64,000 bases of DNA from Candidatus Latescibacterota bacterium (GCA_963667175.2 CAXXXF010000012.1:96001-160000); one strand, 5' to 3'; counted from the stretch's first letter, positions 31,645 through 42,917 are shown. The notes: generated by a model from the sequence alone, not told the origin. A program made the numbers and translations.

Positions 31645-34600
31645 TCACCCACCCTGACCGTTCTCCAGGACCACGTCCAGACACAGGCTCTGCAACTCCT
31701 TCACCAGCACGTTGAAGGATTCCGGAACCCCCGGCTCAGGCGGATTTTCGCCCTTTACGATCGCTTCGTAGATCTTTGAACGTCCCGCAACGTCATCGGA
31801 CTTGACGGTCAGCATCTCCTGCAGCATGTACGCGGCGCCGTAGGCCTCGAGTGCCCAGACCTCCATTTCACCGAACCGCTGGCCGCCGAATTGCGCCTTT
31901 CCGCCAAGGGGCTGTTGCGTCACCAGCGAATAGGGTCCGATGGATCGGGCATGGATTTTGTCGCTGACCAGGTGTGACAGTTTCAACATATAGATCAAAC
32001 CGACCATGACCTCTTTGTCGAAGGGCTTTCCCGTCTTGCCGTCGTACAATACGGTTTTTCCGGTTTCCGGCAACCGTGCCCTGCCCAGCGCCGACTTGAT
32101 GTCCTCGAGCGTAGCGCCGTCGAAGACGGGCGTGGCGACGTGAAGGTCCAGCGCCTGGGCGGCCCATCCGAGATGGGTCTCGAGAATCTGCCCCAGATTC
32201 ATCCGTGACGGGACGCCCAGCGGATTGAGGATAATGTCGATCGGGGTGCCGTCGGGAAGATAAGGCATATCCTCTTCCGGTACGATGATCGAAACGACAC
32301 CCTTGTTGCCATGGCGTCCCGCCATCTTGTCCCCGACCATCAGTTTGCGCTTTCGGGCGATGTACACCTTGACGAGCTGGACGATTCCCGGCGGAAGCTC
32401 ATCGCCCCGTGCGATTTTTTCCAGCTCCCGTTCCAGTTCGTCATCCGCCGCACGGATCAGATTCTCGGCCAGCTCGATAATGCGGTCGACCTTCCGGTCG
32501 ACTTCGGCATCGTCGACCCATGCGTCGTCCGGCCGAACGACGTCCAGGTCGAGCTTCCGGGCCAGCTTCTCATCGAATACCCTTCCGGAACGGGCCGCGA
32601 CGGAGCCGTCTTCGGTATGCCGCAGCAGCTTCAGCTTTCTTCCCCGCAACTGCTCCGCCACCTGTTCGTCCCGGCTGGACTTGATCGCTTTGACTTTCTC
32701 CTGGATCCGTGTCTTGACAGTGGCTGTCTTCTCTTTATCCGCCTTTCGGGTCTTTTCTCTGTCTTTACGCGAAAAAACCTTCCGGTCCATGACAACCCCG
32801 TCCATTCCGGACGGCGCCTTTAAGGACGCATCTCTGACGTCTCCTGCTTTCTCTCCGAAAATCGCGCGCAGGAGGCGTTCCTCGGGAGACAGTTCGGTTT
32901 CTCCCTTGGGAGTGACTTTACCCACGAGAATATCGCCGGACGTCACCTCGGCGCCGGACCGGACGATGCCCTGTTCATCCAGGTTGCGCACCGCCTGTTC
33001 GCTGACGTTCGGAATCTCCCTCGTTATCTCCTCCACCCCCCGCTTGGTGTCACGCACCTGGAGCTCGAATTCCTCTATGGATATCGAGGTGAAGATATCT
33101 TTCTTCAACAGCCGCTCGGAAACGATGATCGCGTCTTCGAAATTGTACCCGTTCCACGACATGAACGCGCATAGCACGTTTGCTCCGAGGGCAAGGTCCC
33201 CCCGGTCCGTGGCGCAGCCGTCCGCCAGGAGATCGCCTGCTCTAACCTTGTCGCCGACCCTCACGAGCGGCTTCTGGCTGATGCAGAAATCCTGGTTCGA
33301 CCGTTTGAATTTGATAAGCCTGTAGATATCTTCGTCGAACAAATCGATCATTTCGACGTTGGGGCCCTTTCGACGCTTCACGACGATCTTGTCCGCACTC
33401 ACGTAGGTGACCGTTCCGGGGCTCCTCGCCGTTACGACCGCCTTGGAATCCACGGCGACCGCGTGTTCCATTCCGGTACCGACGAACGGCGCTTCTGTCC
33501 GGAGCAGCGGTACCGCCTGTCGTTGCATATTCGAGCCCATCAGGGCGCGGTTGGCATCGTCGTGCTCGAGAAACGGAATCAGGGACGCCGCCGTACTGAC
33601 CAGCTGGCAAGGTGAGACGTCCATATAATCGATTTCCGAAGGCGCTACGAGGGGAAAGTCGCCACGCCGGCGGGCCTGCACGGCGGAATCCTGGAATCGC
33701 CCGTCAGCGTCGAGCATGGCATTGGCCTGGGCGATGGTGTGTTTGTCCTCCTCATCCGCGGACAGATACTTGATCTCCGAAGTCACCCTTCCGTCTTTCA
33801 CAACCCGGTACGGCGTTTCAAGAAATCCGAGGGCATTTATCTTCGCGTAGGTGGAGATGTTGGCGATAAGGCCGATATTGGGACCTTCCGGCGTTTCGAT
33901 GGGGCAAATCCGCCCGTAGTGGGTATGGTGAACGTCACGCACCTCGAAGCCGGCCCTGTCGCGCGTCAGGCCGCCGGGACCCAGCGCCGACAGCCGCCGC
34001 TTGTGCGACAGTTCGTCCAGCGGGTTGGTCTGCTGAAGGAACTGGGAGAGCTGGCTGCTGCCGAAGAACGCCTGAACCACGGTCGACACGGTCCTCGCGT
34101 TGACCAGATCCTGCGGTGTAATCTGTTCCGTATCCCTGAGACTCATCCGCTCTCTGATCGTTCTGGCCATGCGCACCAGGCCGGTTGAAAAGTGGTAGGA
34201 CAGGAGTTCGCCCACGGTCCGGATGCGCCGATTGCCGAGATGGTCGATGTCGTCTGTATAGCCCTCGCCCTTGAACAGGACCAGCAGATATTGGATGACC
34301 CTGTGAAAATCCTCAATGCACAGGGTGGTGAACTCCAGTGGAATGTTGAGATTCAGCCGCTGATTCAGGCGATAGCGCCCGACTTCGCCCAGCTGATAAC
34401 GCTTGGGGCTGAAGAACTGTCGCTCAAGCAGACCGCGCGCCGTCTCCAGATTCGGCGGATCGCCCGGACGCAGCAGATTGTAGATTCGTGAGAGCGCCTC
34501 TTCTTCGTTGTCGCAAGGATCTTTCTGTAGGGTATTGGCAATCACGCCGCCATCGTTCTCGGCATTCACGTCGAGTACGGTCAGCCGGTTGATCCCGGCG

Positions 34601-35421
34601 CCCTCCAGCGCCCGCAAGCGTTCTTCCGTTATCGTCTGGCTGGACTCGACGATCACTTCGCCGGTTTTCTTGTCGACCACGTCCTCCATCGCGACGGCGC
34701 CGACCAGGTCTTCGTCGACCTTCGCTGTCGTGTTCTCGTGAAACAGGCCGAGAATCTCTTCGTTCCGGCTGAAACCCAGGGCGCGCAGAAACGTGGTAAA
34801 CGGCAACTTCCGCTTCCTGTCTATATGCACGTACATGATATCGTTTATGTCCAGGCTGAATTCCAGCCAGGCGCCCTTGTACGGGATAATCCGCGCGGAA
34901 TAGAGCCGCTTTCCGTTGGGGTGAATGGTTTCGTCGAAAAAGACGCCGGGAGACCTGTGCAACTGGCTTACGATCACCCGTTCTGAACCATTGACGATAA
35001 ACGTGCCTTCGTCGGTCATCAGCGGCAGTTCGCCGAGGAATACCGTCTGCTCAACGATATCCTTGATCCGGAACTCCTTGTTCTCCTGCTTTTCGCGGGA
35101 AATCAGCCTTAACGTGGCGCGTAGCGGAACCGCGTAGGTTGTTCCTCGCTCCAGGCATTCACCCACGTCGTACTTCGGTGTGCCAATGGAATAGTCGACA
35201 AACTCGAGTGAGAAGAGCCTGTGGACGTCGCTGATCGGAAAGATACTATGGAAAACCGCCTGGAGGCCCTGTTTTCCACGTTCTCCAGGCGGTACGTCCT
35301 TTTGCAAGAACCAGTTGTAGGAATCTATCTGGATATCCAGAAGATTCGGCATTTCGATGGCTGAAGCGATTTTTCCGTAAGACTTCCTGTCTATAAGTCC
35401 ATTTTTCGCCAAGATGATCAC
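31645..35421 (-). CDS. rpoB: RNA polymerase beta subunit
   Basis: [30 protein letters not shown] and GGQRFGEME. Confidence 0.99.
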   Translation of the reverse strand: MIILAKNGLIDRKSYGKIASAIEMPNLLDIQIDSYNWFLQKDVPPGERGKQGLQAVFHSIFPISDVHRLFSLEFVDYSIGTPKYDVGECLERGTTYAVPLRATLRLISREKQENKEFRIKDIVEQTVFLGELPLMTDEGTFIVNGSERVIVSQLHRSPGVFFDETIHPNGKRLYSARIIPYKGAWLEFSLDINDIMYVHIDRKRKLPFTTFLRALGFSRNEEILGLFHENTTAKVDEDLVGAVAMEDVVDKKTGEVIVESSQTITEERLRALEGAGINRLTVLDVNAENDGGVIANTLQKDPCDNEEEALSRIYNLLRPGDPPNLETARGLLERQFFSPKRYQLGEVGRYRLNQRLNLNIPLEFTTLCIEDFHRVIQYLLVLFKGEGYTDDIDHLGNRRIRTVGELLSYHFSTGLVRMARTIRERMSLRDTEQITPQDLVNARTVSTVVQAFFGSSQLSQFLQQTNPLDELSHKRRLSALGPGGLTRDRAGFEVRDVHHTHYGRICPIETPEGPNIGLIANISTYAKINALGFLETPYRVVKDGRVTSEIKYLSADEEDKHTIAQANAMLDADGRFQDSAVQARRRGDFPLVAPSEIDYMDVSPCQLVSTAASLIPFLEHDDANRALMGSNMQRQAVPLLRTEAPFVGTGMEHAVAVDSKAVVTARSPGTVTYVSADKIVVKRRKGPNVEMIDLFDEDIYRLIKFKRSNQDFCISQKPLVRVGDKVRAGDLLADGCATDRGDLALGANVLCAFMSWNGYNFEDAIIVSERLLKKDIFTSISIEEFELQVRDTKRGVEEITREIPNVSEQAVRNLDEQGIVRSGAEVTSGDILVGKVTPKGETELSPEERLLRAIFGEKAGDVRDASLKAPSGMDGVVMDRKVFSRKDREKTRKADKEKTATVKTRIQEKVKAIKSSRDEQVAEQLRGRKLKLLRHTEDGSVAARSGRVFDEKLARKLDLDVVRPDDAWVDDAEVDRKVDRIIELAENLIRAADDELERELEKIARGDELPPGIVQLVKVYIARKRKLMVGDKMAGRHGNKGVVSIIVPEEDMPYLPDGTPIDIILNPLGVPSRMNLGQILETHLGWAAQALDLHVATPVFDGATLEDIKSALGRARLPETGKTVLYDGKTGKPFDKEVMVGLIYMLKLSHLVSDKIHARSIGPYSLVTQQPLGGKAQFGGQRFGEMEVWALEAYGAAYMLQEMLTVKSDDVAGRSKIYEAIVKGENPPEPGVPESFNVLVKELQSLCLDVVLENGQGG

Positions 35422-35475
35422 GCTCCTCCGGTGAAATCGACCATTGATTGAGGGCAGGAATGCCGTGATGCGAGT

Positions 35476-35856
35476 CTATTTGATTTCAACCACGGCTCCA
35501 ACCTCCTCCAACTCGGCCTTGATCTGGTCGGCCTCCTCCTTGGAAACGCCCTCCTTCACGCTGCGAGGCGCGCCGTCGACGAGTTCCTTGGCTTCTTTCA
35601 AGCCCAGGCTGGTGACGCTGCGTACCACTTTAATCACCTGAATCTTCTTGTCGCCGATGGCGCTCAATACCACGTCGAATTCCGTCTGTTCCTCTTCCTC
35701 CGCCTCTCCGTCGGCGACGGCGACGGCGCCGGCCGCCGGCGCGGCAACCATCGCCTGGGCGCTCACGCCGAATTTATCCTCGAGCGCCTTAACCAACTCG
35801 GCCAGTTCCAGAACGGAGAGCTTTTCGATTTCATCGATAATGTCTGCGATTGCCAT
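35476..35856 (-). CDS. rplL: 50S ribosomal protein L7/L12
   Basis: [15 protein letters not shown] and [10 protein letters not shown]. Confidence 0.99.
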   Translation of the reverse strand: MAIADIIDEIEKLSVLELAELVKALEDKFGVSAQAMVAAPAAGAVAVADGEAEEEEQTEFDVVLSAIGDKKIQVIKVVRSVTSLGLKEAKELVDGAPRSVKEGVSKEEADQIKAELEEVGAVVEIK

Positions 35857-35915
35857 GGATATCCTCCATACGTCGTATCCTGATGATTGAAACGGTTTTA
35901 GGTGGCCCGGAATGC

Positions 35916-36452
35916 CTAGTCATCCACCCCGGCCTCACCCTTCTTCCTGGCAATTTCGTTCAGAATCAGAACGAGGTTCTGCAGCATGCCGCCCAGGCAG
36001 AATACCAGCCCGCTCAACGGACTCTGGACCGACGAGACCACCTGCCCCAACAGCACTTCCCTCGAGGGAAGTTTGGCAAGCGCCTCCAGTTGATCTTCCC
36101 GATAGACCCGTCCGTCCGCAAAGCCGCCCTTGACCCTTGGGAGGCCGTTCGACTCCTCGGCAAACTCGTGAAGCAGCCTCACCGGCGCCACCGGATCGGT
36201 TTCCGAACTGGCCAGACCGGTTGGCCCCTGCAAAACCTCTTCCAGACCCTGAATACCCGCGTTTTTTACCGCAATCAACGCCAGGCGGTTTTTGACGACC
36301 CTGTACGTGATTTCCTCGTCGCGCAGCCGTTTGCGGAGCCGCGTGACCTCTGGGACGTCGAGACCGGTAAAATCGGCCAGATAGAACCCCTGGGACCTGC
36401 GCATGAGTTGGGTCAATTCTTCGACCGCGCTGATTTTTCCAGCCGTTGGCAT
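35916..36452 (-). CDS. rplJ: 50S ribosomal protein L10
   Basis: DFTGL, VVKNRL, GPT and LAKLPSRE; ATG 36452. Confidence 0.97.
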   Translation of the reverse strand: MPTAGKISAVEELTQLMRRSQGFYLADFTGLDVPEVTRLRKRLRDEEITYRVVKNRLALIAVKNAGIQGLEEVLQGPTGLASSETDPVAPVRLLHEFAEESNGLPRVKGGFADGRVYREDQLEALAKLPSREVLLGQVVSSVQSPLSGLVFCLGGMLQNLVLILNEIARKKGEAGVDD

Positions 36453-36484
36453 CCTGTTCCCTTCCGTTGCGGGCACGCTCCCCG

Positions 36485-37183
36485 TCAGCTGGCCACACTG
36501 GACCGATCGATACGGACACCCGGGCCCATCGTGGTCGCCAGGGTAACCGACCGGACATATTGCCCTTTTGTAGAAGAAGGACGCGCGCGCAGAATCGTAT
36601 CGAAAAGCGTTTGGACGTTCTCAACCAATCGGTTCTTCTCGAACGAGACCCTGCCCACGGGCGCGTGGACGTTTCCATTCCGGTCGGCCCGATACTCCAC
36701 GCGACCCGCCTTGGCCTCCGCCACCGCCCGCGCCACGTCCGGCGTGACCGTGCCGCTCTTGGGATTGGGCATCAGCCCGCGGGGCCCGAGTATTCTTCCC
36801 AGTCGTCCGACAACCCTCATCATGTCCGGCGCCGCGATGGCTACGTCGAAATCGGTCCAGCCCCCGTTGATGCGTTCGGCCAGATCGTCGGCGCCCACGA
36901 CGTCCGCCCCGGCGCCCTCGGCCGCGGCAGCCTGTTCGCCTTTGGCGAACACGACCACGCGAATCGTCTTTCCAAGCCCGTGGGGCAGCATCACCGTACC
37001 CCGGATCTGCTGGTCGGCCTGCCTCGGGTCCACGCCCAGCCGGATGGCCATTTCGACCGTCTGATCGAATTTCGGCGCCGGCATGTCTTTCAGCATCGTT
37101 ACGGCGTCTTCAATCGAATATTGCGCGCGTCGGTCGATTTGAGAAAGCGCCGTCTTGAAACGCCTCCCGTTGCGCCCAGCCAT
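36485..37183 (-). CDS. rplA: 50S ribosomal protein L1
   Basis: [27 protein letters not shown] and TMGPG; ATG 37183 with AGGAGG SD. Confidence 0.99.
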   Translation of the reverse strand: MAGRNGRRFKTALSQIDRRAQYSIEDAVTMLKDMPAPKFDQTVEMAIRLGVDPRQADQQIRGTVMLPHGLGKTIRVVVFAKGEQAAAAEGAGADVVGADDLAERINGGWTDFDVAIAAPDMMRVVGRLGRILGPRGLMPNPKSGTVTPDVARAVAEAKAGRVEYRADRNGNVHAPVGRVSFEKNRLVENVQTLFDTILRARPSSTKGQYVRSVTLATTMGPGVRIDRSSVAS

Positions 37184-37200
37184 GATGAATGACCTCCTAA

Positions 37201-37345
37201 ACGTTCTGTTCCGAAAACAAGCTGCCTGTGTCTGACCGTCGAGTCGCCCGGCTCGCAAGGCGCCAAAGCGCAGGCGACCTGGGCAACGCCGCGAGACGAG
37301 ATGAATCGTCGGCCGATTGGTGGGGTATTCTGGGACAGGACACTA
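37201..37345. mobile_element. MITE-like element family 1, copy B (~143 bp)
   Basis: Colinear with copy A (CCGTCGAGTCGCCC, CTCGCAAGGCGCCA, GGCAACGCCG, GATGAATCG, TGGGACAGGACACTA). It fills the rplK-rplA gap and supplies the rplK TAG. Confidence 0.8.
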
Positions 37346-37768
37346 ATTCTCAACCGTGATACCGGCGCTGCGCGCCGTTCCTTCGATCATGCGCACGGCG
37401 GTTTCCAGACTGCTCGCATTCAGATCTTCCATTTTCATCTCGGCGATCTCCCGAACCTGATCCCGATTCACACTGCCGACCTTGGTCCGGTTGGACTCGG
37501 GAGATCCCTTCTCGAGTCCCGCGGCCCTTTTCAGCAATACTGCGGCCGGCGGGCTTTTTGTGATAAACGAGAAACTGCGGTCGCCAAACACGGTAATGAC
37601 CGCCGGAACGATCAATCCCTGCTTGTCTTTGGTCTGTGCGTTGAACGCCTGGCAGAATTCCATGATGTTGACCCCGTGCTGTCCAAGCGCCGGACCGACA
37701 GGCGGCGTCGGGGACGCCTGGCCCGCCGGAATCTGCAGTTTGATCGTCGTCATAATCTTCTTGGCCAT
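37343..37768 (-). CDS. rplK: 50S ribosomal protein L11
   Basis: [18 protein letters not shown] and IEGTARSAG. Confidence 0.99.
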   Translation of the reverse strand: MAKKIMTTIKLQIPAGQASPTPPVGPALGQHGVNIMEFCQAFNAQTKDKQGLIVPAVITVFGDRSFSFITKSPPAAVLLKRAAGLEKGSPESNRTKVGSVNRDQVREIAEMKMEDLNASSLETAVRMIEGTARSAGITVEN

Positions 37769-37772
37769 CGTG

Positions 37773-38312
37773 CTACCTTTCCACGGCTTCTTCGACCTGC
37801 AGGACGTCCAGTTCCACGGGCGTGTTCCTTCCGAAGATGCTCACCATCACCTTGATCTTTCTCTTTTCGGGGTTCACGACGTCGACCATCCCGATGAATT
37901 CGCTGAAGGGGCCGTCGATCACTTTCACACGGTCTCCGACCTGATAGGGAATTTCCTGATCGTCCTGGACCTGACGCCGGTCGACGTGACCCAGCACGTG
38001 TTCCACCTCTTTTTCGTGGAGCGGCTGGGGGCGCTTCCCCGGCCCGACGAAGCTCGTGACACCTGGCACATTCGTGACGAAGTGCATGGTCTCCTTATCC
38101 ATTTCCATTTCGACTAGAATGTAACTGGGCAGGAATTTCCTGAAGGAGGTCGTCTTCCGTCCATCCTTCATCTCGACAACCTCTTCGGTAGGTACGACGA
38201 CCCGGTTGATCCTCTCCGCAACCTCAGTGCCTTCCTTGGCGCTTTCGAGGTAGGAACGCACTTTGTTTTCGTGTCCTGAATAGGTATGCACGACGTACCA
38301 GCGCATTGCCAT
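37773..38312 (-). CDS. nusG: Transcription termination/antitermination factor NusG
   Basis: [22 protein letters not shown] motif [11 protein letters not shown] and [10 protein letters not shown]. Confidence 0.98.
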   Translation of the reverse strand: MAMRWYVVHTYSGHENKVRSYLESAKEGTEVAERINRVVVPTEEVVEMKDGRKTTSFRKFLPSYILVEMEMDKETMHFVTNVPGVTSFVGPGKRPQPLHEKEVEHVLGHVDRRQVQDDQEIPYQVGDRVKVIDGPFSEFIGMVDVVNPEKRKIKVMVSIFGRNTPVELDVLQVEEAVER

Positions 38313-38346
38313 GGTGTATCACTCTCTGTTGAAAAGCCAGAGGTCG

Positions 38347-38532
38347 TCAGCTCATTACAAATCTGCGAACCAGCGAAAGCACGAAGTCGACGGCGAAGAT
38401 GAATAGGGAAAGCGCCAGCGAAACCACCAGCACAATCGTTGTCGAAGCGATCAGCTCTTCACGGGTAGGCCAGGTCACCTTGCCCATTTCGAGCTGGACG
38501 TCTTTAATGAACTGCGCCACTTTCGCGAACAT
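38347..38532 (-). CDS. secE: Preprotein translocase SecE
   Basis: EMGKVTWPTREE followed by a single TM helix; ATG 38532; located upstream of nusG. Confidence 0.95.
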   Translation of the reverse strand: MFAKVAQFIKDVQLEMGKVTWPTREELIASTTIVLVVSLALSLFIFAVDFVLSLVRRFVMS

Positions 38533-38695
38533 CGGGTACACCGCCAGGGAAACGCCCCAACACCTGAAACAGCCCGGAAGCGGGCTCGCGTATGCCGCAG
38601 TCGACAAAGGCAGATGGGGATGCGGAAAAGAAACCCGGCTCCTGCAACTTCCAGCGGAACTCAGGCGCGGGTCAGGTGTCTGTTTCGGAGGAAAA

Positions 38696-38771
38696 TGGCA
38701 GGGCAGGCAGGAATCGAACCCGCAACCACCGGTTTTGGAGACCGGTGCTCTACCAATTGAGCTACTGCCCT
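38696..38771 (-). tRNA. tRNA-Trp (CCA)
   Basis: AGGGCAG/CTGCCCT acceptor stem, CCGGT-CTCCAAA-ACCGG anticodon arm, TTCGATT loop, encoded CCA. Confidence 0.97.
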
Positions 38772-38801
38772 AACCCCAAAATCTGCTTTGAATCATGAAT
38801 C

Positions 38802-38954
38802 TCAGCGAGTCTCCCGGTGCAGGGTATGCTTGCGACAGAACCTGCAATATTTCTTGAATTCCACGCGGTCCGGGTGTAATCGCCGATTCTTGCTCGTCGT
38901 ATAATTCCGGCGCGCGCAGTCGGCGCAGGCCAATGTAATCAGATCTCTGGGCAT
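38802..38954 (-). CDS. rpmG: 50S ribosomal protein L33 (Zn-ribbon form)
   Basis: Manual translation [50 protein letters not shown]. Confidence 0.97.
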   Translation of the reverse strand: MPRDLITLACADCARRNYTTSKNRRLHPDRVEFKKYCRFCRKHTLHRETR

Positions 38955-38976
38955 CGATGGGTACCGGACGTTGTTT

Positions 38977-39052
38977 TGGAGCCCACGACCGGACTCGAAC
39001 CGGTGACCTCCTCCTTACCAAGGAGGTGCTCTACCGACTGAGCTACATGGGC
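38977..39052 (-). tRNA. tRNA-Thr (GGT)
   Basis: GCCCATG/CGTGGGC acceptor stem, CCTCC-TTGGTAA-GGAGG anticodon arm, encoded CCA. Confidence 0.97.
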
Positions 39053-39106
39053 CCTGTACCCTGTCTGCACGACAGAAAAGGGCTGATAACGCAGCCCGCA
39101 GGAAAT

Positions 39107-39183
39107 TGGAGCGGGAAACGGGACTCGAACCCGCGACATTCAGCTTGGAAGGCTGACGCTCTAGCCAACTGAGCTATTCCCGC
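39107..39183 (-). tRNA. tRNA-Gly (TCC)
   Basis: GCGGGAA/TTCCCGC acceptor stem, TCAGC-CTTCCAA-GCTGA anticodon arm, encoded CCA. Confidence 0.97.
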
Positions 39184-39254
39184 GCAGAACAGGAAACGAC
39201 TCTCTGCGGGCCGTACACGCACGAATGCCGGCCCTGAAAGTTTCCAGACTTGAG

Positions 39255-39283
39255 AAGTTATAATATACGAGTATGGATGTCAA
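39255..39283 (-). promoter_or_regulatory. Putative promoter for the tRNA-Gly...secE-nusG unit
   Basis: TTGACA (39283-39278), 17 nt spacer, TAACTT, in an AT-rich patch with an upstream A tract. Confidence 0.55.
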
Positions 39284-39426
39284 GATTTTTTGTTAATACC
39301 GCTTCTTGAGAAAAACATCCACGTTCCGGAAACGGCGCGGGCGTAGCCCCGCGGGACTCGCCTGCCTGCCGGAGAGAAGATGCTCCTCAGGGATCTTTCC
39401 CGGCGACGGACCTGCCACGACAACCA

Positions 39427-39453
39427 ACAAAAACCCCTCCGTTTGAGGAGGGG
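39427..39453 (-). terminator. Intrinsic terminator after tRNA-Tyr
   Basis: CCCCTCC/GGAGGGG 7-bp stem followed by TTTTTGTT on the minus strand. Confidence 0.75.
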
Positions 39454-39469
39454 CGCAGGGCCCGGATCA

Positions 39470-39555
39470 TGGTGGGGAGGGGCGGATTCGAACCACCGAA
39501 GGCGTCAGCCAACAGATTTACAGTCTGCCCCCGTTGACCGCTTGGGTACCTCCCC
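39470..39555 (-). tRNA. tRNA-Tyr (GTA)
   Basis: GGGGAGG/CCTCCCC acceptor stem, GCAGA-CTGTAAA-TCTGT anticodon arm, long variable arm, encoded CCA. Confidence 0.97.
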
Positions 39556-39579
39556 ACATGCTGTGCAATCGAAGCAGAG

Positions 39580-39659
39580 AAAATACAGGGCAACGCCCCT
39601 GAAGTCAAGCGGAAAAGTGCGAATTGCCGTTTGACAAAACCGGCATGAATGCGTATTTT
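39580..39659. promoter_or_regulatory. Back-to-back promoters for tRNA-Tyr (-) and the TIM-barrel gene (+)
   Basis: Minus strand: TTGACT (39608-39603), 17 nt, TATTTT. Plus strand: TTGACA (39631-39636), 17 nt, TATTTT. Confidence 0.55.
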
Positions 39660-39825
39660 GCCCCCGCCGTTCCTCCAGCGCCGGATGCCTTCCGGGGGTC
39701 TTCGACCGAACCGTCTTAACGCCGCGTTCCGGCTGGAAGGAATCGGCATCGCATGCCCGTTTGCCAAATCGCTCCCCTCACGATTCGGACCAGCGAAATC
39801 GCAAGGCAGGAAAGGAGTCGTTGTT

Positions 39826-40740
39826 GTGACCGAACCCATTCAGAACTACGCTCGAATCGGCATCGTACACTTTATGGCCTACAAATCCTGCATCGGCGGC
39901 GAAGGGCCGATTGTGGAGACACTTGAAAGGATCGCGCTCGATCCCTATTTTCAGGCGGTGGAAGTCACCCATATGAAGGACGAAAAGGTGCTGGCGGAAG
40001 CCGCCGAACTGCTCGAGGCCGCCCATATGGACGTGGCCTTCGGCGCCCAACCGATTCTTCTGGGCGGCAACCTGAACATCAACGCCGACGACGAGGACCA
40101 CAGGCTCGGTGCGGTGGATGCGGTCATCGCAGGCATCGGGCAGGCCGAAGCGCTGGGGGCCCCGGGGGTCGCTCTGCTTTCGGGCGCCGATCCCGGTCCT
40201 GGAGCCCGCGAACGGGGCGTGGACCTGCTGGTCGACTCTCTGTATCGCCTTTGCGAAGAAGCGGCCGGCAGGAACATGAACATTGTACTCGAAACGTTCG
40301 ATCGCGTGCCCTTTGGCAAGAATTGCCTCGTCGGCCCGAACGCCCTGGCAGTCGAAGTTTCTTCCAGGGTACGGCGGGAGTACCCGAACTTTGGATTGAT
40401 GCTGGACCTGAGTCATTTTCCCCTGCAGGGCGAAACCTCGGAATACGCGCTGAGAATCGCTCGCGACCACCTGGTCCACGCCCATATCGGCAACTGCGTG
40501 ATGCGAAACCCCCGTCATCCGGCATACGGAGACAATCATCCCCGCTTCGGTTGCGAAGATGGAGAGAACGACGTTCCCGAAGCCGTCGAATTCCTCAGCG
40601 AACTGCTCGACGTCGGTTTTCTGGATCCTGAGAAGCGTCCCGTTCTCAGCTTCGAAGTTTCTCCGATGGAGGGAGAATCAGCTGAAATCGTCATCGCCAA
40701 CGCCAAGAGGGTTCTCGACGCTGCGTGGGCGCAGGTCTGA
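39826..40740 (+). CDS. Sugar phosphate isomerase/epimerase (xylose isomerase-like TIM barrel)
   Basis: VLETFD, LMLDLSH, HAHIGN and SFEV metal-ligand pattern; GTG 39826 after AAGGAG. Confidence 0.82.
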   Translation: MTEPIQNYARIGIVHFMAYKSCIGGEGPIVETLERIALDPYFQAVEVTHMKDEKVLAEAAELLEAAHMDVAFGAQPILLGGNLNINADDEDHRLGAVDAVIAGIGQAEALGAPGVALLSGADPGPGARERGVDLLVDSLYRLCEEAAGRNMNIVLETFDRVPFGKNCLVGPNALAVEVSSRVRREYPNFGLMLDLSHFPLQGETSEYALRIARDHLVHAHIGNCVMRNPRHPAYGDNHPRFGCEDGENDVPEAVEFLSELLDVGFLDPEKRPVLSFEVSPMEGESAEIVIANAKRVLDAAWAQV

Positions 40741-40753
40741 TCCAAGGTCTGAT

Positions 40754-40875
40754 CTAACAGCCCGTTGAAAGAGTCCATCCGGTCTGCGTCCGGCCCTTGT
40801 GACCGAAATACGGCGTTGCCTGCCTGCGGCAGGCAGGCGCTCCCTCCCCGAATCCGACGCGGCCGGCAAACGGCG
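40754..40875. repeat. Repeat family 2 element with nested GCCTGCCTGC palindrome, between convergent genes
   Basis: CAGCCCGTTGAAA end shared with 19560. GCCTGCCTGCGGCAGGCAGGC (40818-40838) is shared with the module in MITE copy A. Confidence 0.55.
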
Positions 40876-41652
40876 TTACCCGTCTGAACGCTCCCCACCC
40901 CGGACCCCGAGCAGCCATCCGAATACCCAGGCAAAAACCACCATCAGGTAGAATGAGCCAATCGAACCGATCAACATCGCCACTGGCGGCACGGCCCCCA
41001 GCAGCAGGTTCAGAAAAAGCAGCAATCCGTAAGTGAGATAAAACGCAAGACACGCCTGTGTATACCGCCCGCCGCGAATGACCCGCCGAATGTCCGACAG
41101 GATTGCGCCCGGATCGAATGAAGCCCATATCTTGCGCTCGGCTGCAAACCGGGCGAATACCACGGGCAGGAGCCCGTATAGCAGCATTGCGGCGGCGATT
41201 GCGAGCAATGTGACCGCGCTGAGCCGGGTCGGGTCTTTTCCCGGCGGTACCAGTCCCAGAACGGCCATCACGGCAAGCGCCCCCAGACCGGCCAGAAACA
41301 GGTATCCGAAAAAGATTACGCCAAGCCGCACCCCCACGCCCGCGTATTGCCTCCATGCGCCCCAATCGGGAAGCTGCCTGAATTCCATTCCGTTCAATGC
41401 GTCGACAAAGACGCGATACATATACCCCCAGGAAACGAGCGTCGGAAATACGAAGAATACCACCGCGACGGGCGCCAGCAACACGGTGACTTTCCCAAGC
41501 GCCATAAAAACGGCGAGCAGCAGGGCCAGACTCGGCAGCAGGGACAGCAACCCACCCAGCAGGATCTTCTGCCGCCAGCGCACGTCCTGTAACGGCGCCC
41601 GCAAAGCGAACATAAGGAACGGACCGAACATACATTCGAAGGGCCGCGTCAC
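40876..41652 (-). CDS. DUF4013-like integral membrane protein
   Basis: KILLGGLL, GYMYRV and LPDW pattern with about 5-6 hydrophobic helices. Confidence 0.65.
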   Translation of the reverse strand: MTRPFECMFGPFLMFALRAPLQDVRWRQKILLGGLLSLLPSLALLLAVFMALGKVTVLLAPVAVVFFVFPTLVSWGYMYRVFVDALNGMEFRQLPDWGAWRQYAGVGVRLGVIFFGYLFLAGLGALAVMAVLGLVPPGKDPTRLSAVTLLAIAAAMLLYGLLPVVFARFAAERKIWASFDPGAILSDIRRVIRGGRYTQACLAFYLTYGLLLFLNLLLGAVPPVAMLIGSIGSFYLMVVFAWVFGWLLGVRGGERSDG

Positions 41653-41675
41653 CGCGGCCTCGCTCCCCCATCTCG

Positions 41676-42869
41676 TTACATGGCCTCCAGGGCCCGTTCC
41701 ACGTCTTCGATCAGGTCTTTCGCGTCCTCGACACCGACGGAATAGCGTACCAGTTCGTCTTTGATCCCGACGGCCACCCGGTCTTCCCGCGCCATTTCAT
41801 AGTAGGAGATGGTTGACGGATGGGAGACGATGCTCTCCACGCCGCCAAGGCTCGCCCCGATGCACGGAACGTTCAGGCGATCCAGGAACGCCATGGTTCC
41901 GCCAAGATCCGCATCCAGGTCGAAACTCACCACGCCGCCGTACCCGCGCATTTGCTCCCGTGCGACCCCGTGGTGCGGGTGGCTCTCCAGTCCGGGATAG
42001 TAAACCTGACGCACCTTGACGTTTCCCTCCAGAAAGCGGGCGAGCGCCAGCGCCGTTTCATTCTGGCGCGCCATCCTCAATGGAAACGTCTTGATGCCTC
42101 TGATCAGCAGATAGGCGCAGTGGGGGTCGATCACCCCACCCAGGATACCTCGATAGTCCTTGATGGCCGATACCAGGGGCTCGGCGCCGAGTACGGCGCC
42201 TGCAATCAGGTCGTTATGCCCCCCCAGGTACTTGGTTGCGCTGTGAATGACCAGGTCGACGCCGAACTCGAGGGGACGCTGGTTGAACGGCGTGGAAAAC
42301 GTGCTGTCTATCACGACCTTCGAACGGTTTGCCTTTGCGATGGGCACCACCCTCTCCAGATCCATCACGTTCAGATGCGGGTTGGTTGGAGATTCCGCAA
42401 TTACGACCCTCGTATTTTCCTGCATGGCCGAAGCCAACCGCCCATAATCGCCCGCGGGAACAAAAGTTGTGGCAATTCCGAACTTTTTCAGCACCTGTTC
42501 GCAGAACTGAGCGGTTTTTCGATAACAGTCGTCGGCGATCACGGCGTGGTGACCCGTGGACAACATGCCAAGTAGCGTCGTTGTCACGGCGCTCATGCCG
42601 GACGAAAACAACAGCGCCGCATCGGCTCCTTCAAGCTCGGCCAGTTTTCGTTCCGCAATCTGCTGGGTCGGGTTCCCGTAGCGACCGTAATCGAGGCGGG
42701 GCGATCGTCCGGACGTGAAATCGACCACTGCCTCCGTATTCTCGAATACGTAGGTCGACGTTTGCGCGATCGGGACCGTGAGGGAATGGCCCCAATGCCC
42801 GCCCTTTTCTCCGGCGTGGACCGCACGCGTGGAACTGCAGGCGCCATCAGTCGATGGGCTTTTTTTCAT
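41676..42869 (-). CDS. metB: Cystathionine gamma-synthase, plant-type (PLP-dependent transsulfuration family)
   Basis: YGRYGNPT, SGMSA, DCYRKT, ESPTNP, DSTF, HSATKYLGGHND and SLGGVES; ATG 42869 with GGAGG SD. Confidence 0.85.
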   Translation of the reverse strand: MKKSPSTDGACSSTRAVHAGEKGGHWGHSLTVPIAQTSTYVFENTEAVVDFTSGRSPRLDYGRYGNPTQQIAERKLAELEGADAALLFSSGMSAVTTTLLGMLSTGHHAVIADDCYRKTAQFCEQVLKKFGIATTFVPAGDYGRLASAMQENTRVVIAESPTNPHLNVMDLERVVPIAKANRSKVVIDSTFSTPFNQRPLEFGVDLVIHSATKYLGGHNDLIAGAVLGAEPLVSAIKDYRGILGGVIDPHCAYLLIRGIKTFPLRMARQNETALALARFLEGNVKVRQVYYPGLESHPHHGVAREQMRGYGGVVSFDLDADLGGTMAFLDRLNVPCIGASLGGVESIVSHPSTISYYEMAREDRVAVGIKDELVRYSVGVEDAKDLIEDVERALEAM

Positions 42870-42888
42870 TGCCTCCTCCGGTATCCAC

Positions 42889-42917
42889 AAAAAAAAACTG
42901 AAGCTAAAAAGCCCCAG
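42889..42917 (-). terminator. Riboswitch-controlled intrinsic terminator
   Basis: RNA CUGGGGCU-UUUU-AGCUUCAG (8 bp including 2 G-U) followed by U9, about 20 nt upstream of the metB ATG. Confidence 0.75.
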
